This document shows, piece by piece, positions 1 through 7,035 of a stretch of 8,812 nucleotides of DNA. The first letter of the stretch is position 1, and the number at the start of each line of letters is the position of its first letter. The notes below the pieces were generated by a model that saw only the letters and a list, made by a program, of their open reading frames with translations, ran no database searches and had not been told where the DNA came from. The DNA comes from Selaginella moellendorffii (taxonomy: Eukaryota; Plantae; Lycopodiophyta). Where the stretch lies: contig NW_003314347.1 of NCBI RefSeq assembly GCF_000143415.4, forward strand, positions 250,295 to 259,106, given 5' to 3'. The position numbers and the translations under genes were made by a program.

Positions 1-345
1 CGGACTCCACTTCAGGTCCATCTCGGACTCCATCTCAGACTCCATATCGGACTCCACTTCGGGTCCATCTCGGACTCCATCTCGGACTCCATATCGGACT
101 CCACTTTGGGTCCATCTCGGACTCCATCTCGGACTCCATATTGGACTCCATATCAGACTCCACTTCGGGTCCATCTCGGACTCCATATCGGACTCCATCT
201 CGGACTCCACTTCGGACTCCATATCGGACTCCACTTCGGGTCCATCTCGGACTCCATATTGGACTCCACTTTGGGTCCATCTCGGACTCCACTTCGGGTC
301 CATCTCGGACTCCAACTTGGGTCTGCCTCAGACTCCATCTCGGAC
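1..345. repeat. Minisatellite array of 12-bp (CGGACTCCA+TCT/TAT/CTT) and 11-bp (CGGGTCCATCT) monomers with higher-order structure; truncated by window start
   Basis: Parsed directly. The 11-mers start at 13, 60, 107, 166, 237, 272, 295 and 318, separated by 1-5 12-mers; the first three are spaced 47 bp apart. Confidence 0.97.
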
Positions 346-521
346 ACTTCCACATGTCATGTGTTGGTCCTTTTTGGGTCCCTTTTTGGAGCCTTGCTTA
401 TTGGTTGCCTCATGCTTGCTCCTCGAGCCCTTTGTTGGGAGTTCCACTCCCGCTCTCGACCTTCCAAGTCGAAGCTTTTAGTCCAAACGTGTTATGCTCG
501 TTTGGCTTTCGCTTCGGCCAC

Positions 522-533
522 TGCCACGTGGCA
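522..533. promoter_or_regulatory. Perfect palindromic G-box TGCCACGTGGCA (plant bZIP/ABRE-type site) in the family A arm
   Basis: Motif seen directly; its counterpart in copy 2 (2958-2969, TGCCATGTGGTA) carries two transitions. Function is inferred only. Confidence 0.35.
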
Positions 534-578
534 CCCTTTCCGGCTCCACTTTGGGGCCTAGGGATTTTGTGTCTCACA

Positions 579-2846
579 GGATACTGGTTACTCTAAGACT
601 GTTCCAAGTCACTCCGGGCTCCTGTCCCTTCGCTCCTTGGGCTGTATGCTCAGGAGTTACTCCGTGGTACGGTTCTGTCACTCCTTGGCTTCATGCTTGG
701 GAGTTTGGCATTGTTCCGTTCAGTGGCTCAAGGCCTTGAACCTTAGGTTCCACACCACTGTCCTATGGACACATGGCATGTGACATGTGGCACTGACACA
801 TGGCACGTGGAGGGTTTAGTTAGGATAAAGGGTAAAAACCACGTGTGCTATCAAAGGATGAGTCTCGGTAAGTACTATCCAATGAGATTGGGCAACTAAT
901 CTCATTGCATACGCAGAGATGAAAACAATGATCCGAGTGGGTACACGCTTAGGTGCAAAGACTTCACATTGGTTCCTTGGGTATGGATTTGGTTACCTTT
1001 TGTACCATAATAATGTGAGCTTGCTCTTGGGCTCATAAGAGGGATTGAGTTGTTCCATTTGCACGAGTTTACGCTTGGGCTCATGAGTGAGGCACATTAG
1101 CAACTCAATGTTACATATTGAGTTGGTAGGATTAATGTTAGCTTATTAATGGTTCCATGAGTTGTTCCATGTACCGTGGGTGAAAGTAAACCTTCCCTGG
1201 GTTTGCTATAAGTGGCAAATAAGCTGGTCCATAGCTGTTTAGCATGACACTAGTGGATCCTTCTTTGGCATGATTACAAGTGGATCAATTAAGACTATAA
1301 GGATTAATCTATTGGTTCAAGTAATCATTGCTATGCTCTCTCATAAACTTTTCTTGGATTGGACTGAAAACAGTGGGAACGCAAGTTTGAGGTTTGGTCA
1401 AAGTAGAGACTGAATAGAGAGTTGTTAGGGACAAAGGATCAAACACGTAAATTATTTTCTCTTCTTGGGAAGATGATTTGCAACGAGGTGTGACTTATTA
1501 CTCATGTTCATATTATACAATCAAGAGTCCCTACCTTGATGCATGTTGGTTATGGTGGTCTTACAAGTGGTGAGTTATGGGATGGATAGTGGTGAAACGC
1601 TAAACCATTTTGTCTAGGCTTGCTATTGAAGACTTGAGTTGCAATGCTCAATTCTTTTCCGGGGAACCTTGCTATTGCTCCTTAAGTAGCTTGATGTTGG
1701 ATTAGTTTTGAGTTTGGTCAAAAAGAGTGTGGCATGAGTTTGTCTGTGTTGTGTAAAAAAGTGAGTGGTGTTGGGTGTTATAAATCTCTATTGGTAGAGT
1801 GTGGCATTTATGTTGCATTTTGTCGAATTGAGTTGACACTTGATACTTATATAAACATTTGTAGTAGTGACATGGGCGTTACTTGTGGTGTTGCTCAATA
1901 GATGATTAAGTCATTGTGATTTTATATCATATCCATATGATAGTAAGTAATGTGTTTATGAAGTTGTTTGGTTAAACGATGATCAACCCCAAAGTGGTTG
2001 ATGGTGAAGTTAATCTACTTGCACATAATAGCATTATAGTAGCTTTGACTAGATTCTCGATGGTGGTCTATTATGCTAAGCTTAAGTTGGTTCTTTAATT
2101 CATTGAGTTTGCCCATTGAAGTTTTGGAAAGGGTTATAACATTCATTTACTATAGCTTGCTAGTTGATACATTAGCACTTAGAGTAGATTGTTGGATGAA
2201 GAAGGTGTGTAGTTGAGACATTGACATTGCTAGCACTTGTGTTAGTGGAAGTGGCATTGTTATTTCGAGTGATGAAGAATTCTTCTTAAACCTTGATTTT
2301 CCATGTCATTTTTCTTGTTAGTGTTTTAGCTTTATATTGGATCTTGAAGGTGGTTGAAGAAAAGTGTTAGTGCAATGTGGATATCCGAAGATGTGGTCTT
2401 CGTGATCAAGCCTTGGATGTTCACTTGGCATTTTGTGGATATCGGTGTTGGATGTTGGAAAAACAGACAAAGATGTTCGAGACTATGGGTCATAAGAATT
2501 GGTGTTGACGTGAACCTATATGAAGTTGTAGGTAGGAGGAAGTTAGTTGAATCTTGAAAGTTTGCATTCCTGGATGAAGAGTCATTCTTTCTCTGGGATG
2601 GAAAATTTTCCATAAATTTTTTTAGACTTTTCCAATGGCTAATCTGTTGATCACTTTATTCAAAAACCTTTCCATTTTTGTAAACTAGTGAAGGGGTTAG
2701 AGTTGACTTTGGTTGGCTTAAACATTAGTAGGTAGTTTGTATGATGCAACCCAAAAGGGATGCTGACTTTTGGGGCTAGGGCAATTAAGTTGAATAGAGT
2801 CTAGAGTTGGTGTAGAAAAGTGGTCATTACACTTTTCTAGAAAGGT
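579..2846 (+). mobile_element. Family B repeat, copy 1 (LTR-like, non-coding), interrupted at its left end by family A
   Basis: Collinear direct repeat of 6438-8790. Start GGATACTGGTTACTCTAAGACT vs GGATGTTGGTTGCTCCAGGACT; shared end CACTTTTCTAGAAAGGT. About 18 mismatches in 120 bp at 1201-1320. Strong T/G skew on + strand and no long ORF. Confidence 0.75.
767..845 (+). promoter_or_regulatory. Cluster of G-box/ABRE-like motifs, partly CpG-decayed
   Basis: GGACACATGGC (767), GACATGTGGC (782), GACACATGGC (795), GCACGTGG (803) and CACGTG (840); homologous to the cluster at 6629-6734. Confidence 0.4.
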
Positions 2847-3144
2847 TTTTTTATAGCGTTTTGTTTGGTGGCAGGTTGCACCTTGCATTTTGTTAGACTC
2901 TATGAGAGTAGTGATGTGAGACACAAATCCCTAAGCCCCAAAGTGGAGCTAAAAGGGTGCCATGTGGTAGTGGCCGAAGCAAAAGCCAAACAAGCGTAAC
3001 ACATTGGACTAAAAGACTCCGACTTAAAAGGTTGAGAGCGGGAGTGGAACTCCCAACAGAGTGCTCAAGGAACGAGCATGAAGCAAGCAATAAGCGAGGC
3101 TCCAAAAAGGGACCCAAAAGGACCAACACATGACATATGGAAGT

Positions 3145-3532
3145 GTCCAAGATGGAGTCCGGGATGGACCCGAGTTGGAGTCCGAGGTGGAGTCCAAGAT
3201 GGAGTCTGAGATGGACCCGAGTTGGAGTCTGAGGTGGGGTTCGAGATGGAGTCCGAGATAGACCGAGATGGAGTCCAAGATGGACCTGAATTGGAATCCG
3301 AGGTGGAGTCCGAGACGGAGTCTGAGATGGACCAAGATGGAGTTCGAGATGGACCTGAGATGGAGTCCGAGATGGACCCGAGATGGAGTCCAAAATGGAG
3401 TCCGAGATGGACCGAGACAGAGTCCGAGATGGAGTCCGAGATGGACCCGAGATGGAGTCCAAAATGGAGTCCGAGATGGACCGAGACAAAGTCCGAGATG
3501 GACCCAAGATGAAATCCGAGATGGAGTCCGAG
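3145..3532. repeat. Minisatellite of 12-bp (GATGGAGTCCGA), 11-bp (GATGGACCCGA) and 10-bp (GATGGACCGA) monomers, including a 69-bp tandem duplication
   Basis: Reverse complement of the monomers at 1-345. 3357-3425 and 3426-3494 are near-identical 69-bp blocks. Confidence 0.96.
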
Positions 3533-3534
3533 GT

Positions 3535-3706
3535 CGAGACTGAGACCGAGACTAAGACCGGGACCAAGACCGAGACTGAGACCGAGACCGAGACCGAGAC
3601 TGAGACCGGGACCGAGGCCGAGACCGAGCCCGAGCCCGAGTCCAAGTCCGAGTCCGAGTCCGAGTCCAAGTCCGAGTCTGAGTCTGAGTTCGAGTTCGAG
3701 TCTGAG
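3535..3706. repeat. Compound hexamer microsatellite (GAGACC)n-(GAGCCC)2-(GAGTCC)n, about 28 units
   Basis: Seen directly: GAGACC-type units to ~3625, GAGCCC twice at 3626-3637, GAGTCC-type units 3638-3706. Source of the ET/ES, VS/DS and LG dipeptide-repeat ORFs. Confidence 0.96.
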
Positions 3707-3710
3707 AGGG

Positions 3711-6165
3711 TGAAAGCCCAAAGCGTTCGTCTCTCAGACCCTGGGGGGTTTGGTGAGCTCCAAAAGTATAGTAAGGGGAGGACTACAGTGGAGCCAGTTT
3801 GGCTAGGAAAGGCCAGTTTGGCCCAGGAAGGCCAAACTTAGTGTTGGGTGATGAAAGTCCAAGACTAAAGTGAATACGGACCGACAAGCGGGGTAGCTTG
3901 GTGAAGTGTTCAAGAGCCGGCTTTAGTTCCCCCAGGAAATCGACTAGCCAATGCTCTCAGTCCAAGTGTGGGTGGCACTACCTACTTGGATACTAGGTGT
4001 GGCTCAACGGAACCTCGCTCTAAGCCCATGGCTAGAGCACCCAAAGGCAGAAGGCGGGGAGGCTTGCGTAAGGCTACGGTGTTCCGAAATGTTGTCCTAA
4101 AGGCCCAGACTGTGGAAAGGAAGAGGAGTAATCCTCTAGTGTAGTGACCAAGGATACAGTCGTGTGGTGAGGAAGTCCCAGAGGACTGTGGGACTTAATG
4201 GTCAGGCCTATAGGCCTTGATCCAGTGGCAATATTGGCGAACACGGCCAAAGATAAAAAGGGACTTGGTGGGGACCAGAAATGAGGTATTGGGGAAGGCT
4301 ATTCCCCATGTCTGTGGGCATTCTAAGGATGCTAAGGAGTGAATCTGGGATGACCACTCATGGACGGATGGCCCAATCTTGGAGAGATGGGATTGCAATG
4401 TAGGTGGTGTTGGACCACCGATGTGACCAAGGTGATTGGGCATGGCCTAGCGTAACGAGCTGGTATGTTGGTGGTGCCTTGGGGCGTCGGTCATGGGACT
4501 GGACACGTGGAGCACTTGGACCAAGTGCAAAGGTTGAGTGGCATGGATGCCATTCTCAGGGCTAGCAAGCCCCAAGTCCTAAGAGGGACTTATGGAGGTA
4601 GTGAATGAAACTCCTCCAGGTGGTTGAAGGTGCGGTTAAGTGACTAAAGTAGAATGGAAAAAATTAGTCGCTTACAAGTGAGCTCTCACTAATCTTGACT
4701 TAGTCTTGGTAGCCTTACTCTTTGGCTGAGGATGGTGATGTCCAACTTAGTTGTTTGCGGTTGAGATGTTGGTACTCATACTATAGCTTTGTCTAAGTGG
4801 AGGTTGTGTACCGATATAAGTCCATCTCGTGGTATTCACTTTAGTTTTGACTAAGTGTTGATTACGCATAGCTAGCCTCTTCAAAGCATGCTCAAAGCTA
4901 TTGACTAGATGTGTTGGTGAGTTTATTGCAATTGAGTTGGATTCGAGTGGTCATTTAGTTATGCTTGTCCATGAACCTTTATCTCGTACTTGAGGTATTA
5001 TGTTCATACTGGACAAGTGTATAACTCGATGGCACGAGTTTAGTGTTTGGTTCTTGTGAAGGCAAGTTAAAGAGTGATTGTTAGTTGCTTTGTGACTAAT
5101 GATTGCTTGTAGACTTTGTCAAGGATTGTTAATACTTGCTTCACTCGATAAAGATTTATTAGTGATGGTTTTGCTTTATCGGATGGTGTTGCGAAGGATC
5201 GTGTAAATAGACTTACATGGTTTTTCCATATTAGCATGTCGATTCTACCTTTGTCGATATCATTTGGTTACATTTAGTCCATAGTATTGAATTTCATGGA
5301 TTCTTGGATGTGGTGAATTACTCCTAGATGAAGTGTTATATGTAGCTGAGTTTTGTTGAAGGATTGGTCTAAGATACTAAGTTAAGTATCTTCGACTTTG
5401 GTTAGCTTAGTTTTTAGAGAGCTTTGAGTAGTGATTCACTCTTGCTTTCTTCTAGCTTTCTTCTAATGTTAATGGCATTGAAGTGATGCCTTGTCATTGA
5501 CATTGTTGTTGTTGAGATTCGAGTGAGATGAAATGTTTATCTTTAAGATTGATATTGAGTTTTATTAGTCTTGATGAAGATAGTGTTGATGATTTAGCTA
5601 TGGCTTTGTGTTATTGTTACGAATGTGACTTTGGGTATCCAAAGTTACTTGTCGGCCAGTCCTTACGGACACTCTTTCCTTACTGCCACGATGGCAAGAG
5701 GTCGGTATTGTTGGGCCTATTATCAGTTCCCACTTGGGCTAGTTGAGAAACTGGTCAATGACCATGTACTTAATTCGGATAAATATAAGGTAGGAACCCT
5801 ATGTATTTCTTGCTGAGCATACTCGGCCTAGTTTGAGAAACTCCTGTCATTGACTTGCACTTGTTAGTATCAAGAACCTCCGTGATATTGAGATTGGTCC
5901 CTTAATATTCGCTAAATGATAGCTTACCGTGTCTGCCAAACACCCTTGCTATCATGCCCTTTGCGTTAGTCTTATTTTTCTCCTAAATGCTATTTATGGA
6001 AAGTGTTCAGATTTGTTTATTTGGCATATCTACAGAATATAGAGATCGGCTTGAACACAATGGTGTTTGTCCCATGTCCAAATTCGCAATCTAGCGCCAT
6101 TCCATATTTAGTAAGTTTCAAGCTTGCCCCAGAGACTAACTCCTAATACTAAGGGAGGTTTGGGG
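3711..6165 (+). mobile_element. Family C: probable ~2.46-kb Ty3/Gypsy-like LTR (possibly a solo LTR), non-coding
   Basis: Begins TGAAAGCCCAAAGCGT (identical to 6166-6181) exactly where the microsatellite stops. GC-richer first ~900 bp, then a T/G-skewed body. Ends in TTTGGGG, complementary to the CCCAAA in its start. Single copy here, so the right boundary and classification are inferred. Confidence 0.5.
6151..6165 (+). other. G-rich tract AAGGGAGGTTTGGGG abutting TG at 6166: either a polypurine-tract-like primer site for B or the sub-terminal end of C
   Basis: Position immediately upstream of a TG terminus fits a PPT, but it contains TTT and also matches the expected inverted terminus of C. 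Ambiguous. Confidence 0.35.
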
Positions 6166-6628
6166 TGAAAGCCCAAAGCGTGTGTTCCTCAAGTTAGGGG
6201 GGGGTTCCAAAATGTATAGTAGGGATAGTGGGTAGGTCGGGCATGGCCAACCAACTTGAGGTATAGTCTAGCTCCCATTTGCGTGCCTGTCCTTGTTCTG
6301 CGTCCAGCTTGGGTCTAAGCCCAAGTTCCATTCCATGCTAGCTGGTGGAGTACCTATGTCCTCGCGTTAGGCCACCGATATACCGAAATAGTGCCAGACT
6401 CCGTTTGGCTTCGTTTTGCGTGCTGGTCCTGGCATTGGGATGTTGGTTGCTCCAGGACTATTCCAAGTCGCTCTGGGCTCCTATCCCTTCGCTCCTTAGG
6501 CTATATATTCGGGAGTTGCTCCATGGTCTGGTTCCGTCACTCCTTGGCTCCATGCTTGGGAGTTCGGCACCGTTCTTTCGTTCAGTGGCCAAGGCCCTGA
6601 ACCTCGGGTTCCACACCACATGTCCTAT

Positions 6629-6734
6629 GGACACATGGCATGTGACACGTGGCATCTGTCACGTGGTACAAAGAGGGGCTTCGTGGTGTTATCCTATGGT
6701 AAACTACCATAGGATAAAGGGTCAAAACCACGTG
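6629..6734 (+). promoter_or_regulatory. G-box/ABRE cluster including an intact GACACGTGGC
   Basis: GGACACATGGC (6629), GACACGTGGC (6644), TCACGTGG (6659) and CACGTG (6729). ACGTGGC is the established ABRE core. Confidence 0.45.
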
Positions 6735-6893
6735 CGCTAGATTTGATATCAGAGGATGAGTCTCGGCGAGTACTATCTAATGAGATTGGGCAACTAGTCT
6801 CGTTGCATACGCAGAGATGAAAACGATGATCCGAGTGGGTACATGTTTTGGGTGCAAAGGCTTCGCAATTGGTTCCTTGGGTATGGATATTGT

Positions 6894-7035
6894 NNNNNNN
6901 NNNNNNNNNNNNNNNNNNNNNNNNNNNNNNNNNNNNNNNNNNNNNNNNNNNNNNNNNNNNNNNNNNNNNNNNNNNNNNNNNNNNNNNNNNNNNNNNNNNN
7001 NNNNNNNNNNNNNNNNNNNNNNNNNNNNNNNNNNN
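6894..7035. other. Assembly gap (142 N)
   Basis: Run of N; flanks align to 981-993 and 1135 onward in B copy 1. Confidence 0.99.

Larger units (their letters stand above)
1..578 (-). mobile_element. Family A element terminus, copy 1 (probable LTR end): minisatellite plus 233-bp unique arm ending ...TGTGTCTCACA
   Basis: 346-578 is the reverse complement of 2915-3144 (about 88% identity by hand count). Homology stops exactly at CA(578)/TG(2915), matching the canonical LTR TG...CA terminal dinucleotide. The flank from 579 is the interior of family B, implying an insertion junction. Strand is only relative to copy 2. Confidence 0.7.
2915..3710 (+). mobile_element. Family A element terminus, copy 2 (starts TGTGAGACAC), with minisatellite and hexamer microsatellite, interrupted at 3711
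   Basis: Inverted homolog of 1-578, starts with TG. The repeat array ends abruptly at GAGGG|TGAAAGCCC, the start of family C. Confidence 0.7.

Noticed and set aside
1-345. CRISPR-like or iteron-like array
   Set aside because: Monomers are contiguous with no unique spacers, there are no cas or rep genes, and the context looks eukaryotic.
35-596. ORFs of 66-151 aa on both strands (SRTP, LHLG, WSPR repeats)
   Set aside because: Open in several frames only because the minisatellite monomers lack stop codons; no domain, and frames are not conserved with the inverted copy.
1848-1855. TATATAAA as LTR TATA box
   Set aside because: The homologous position in copy 2 reads CACATAAA; likewise CTATATAT near 6501 is not conserved in copy 1.
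2332-2613. 93-aa and 67-aa ORFs as decayed gag/pol remnants
   Set aside because: Six-frame reading of this stretch showed no recognisable retroelement motif, and the homologous region in copy 2 has indels and stops. A tBLASTx/HMM search would be needed to exclude very old coding remnants.
2893-3841. ORFs up to 258 aa with DS/VS/LG/ET/ES dipeptide runs
   Set aside because: Translations of the hexamer and 12-mer repeats, overlapping on both strands and crossing element junctions (2915, 3711).
6194-6204. TTAGGG telomere-like motif
   Set aside because: Single occurrence running into a G homopolymer, not an array.
6345-6740. 131-aa ORF and overlapping short ORFs
   Set aside because: GTG start inside an LTR-like region, no recognisable family, and the homologous copy 1 region carries indels and is not maintained as the same ORF.
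6744-6754. TGATATCAGAG resembling a tRNA-iMet primer-binding site
   Set aside because: Not preceded by a CA terminus, complementarity does not extend, and copy 1 lacks it (GCTATCAAAGG).
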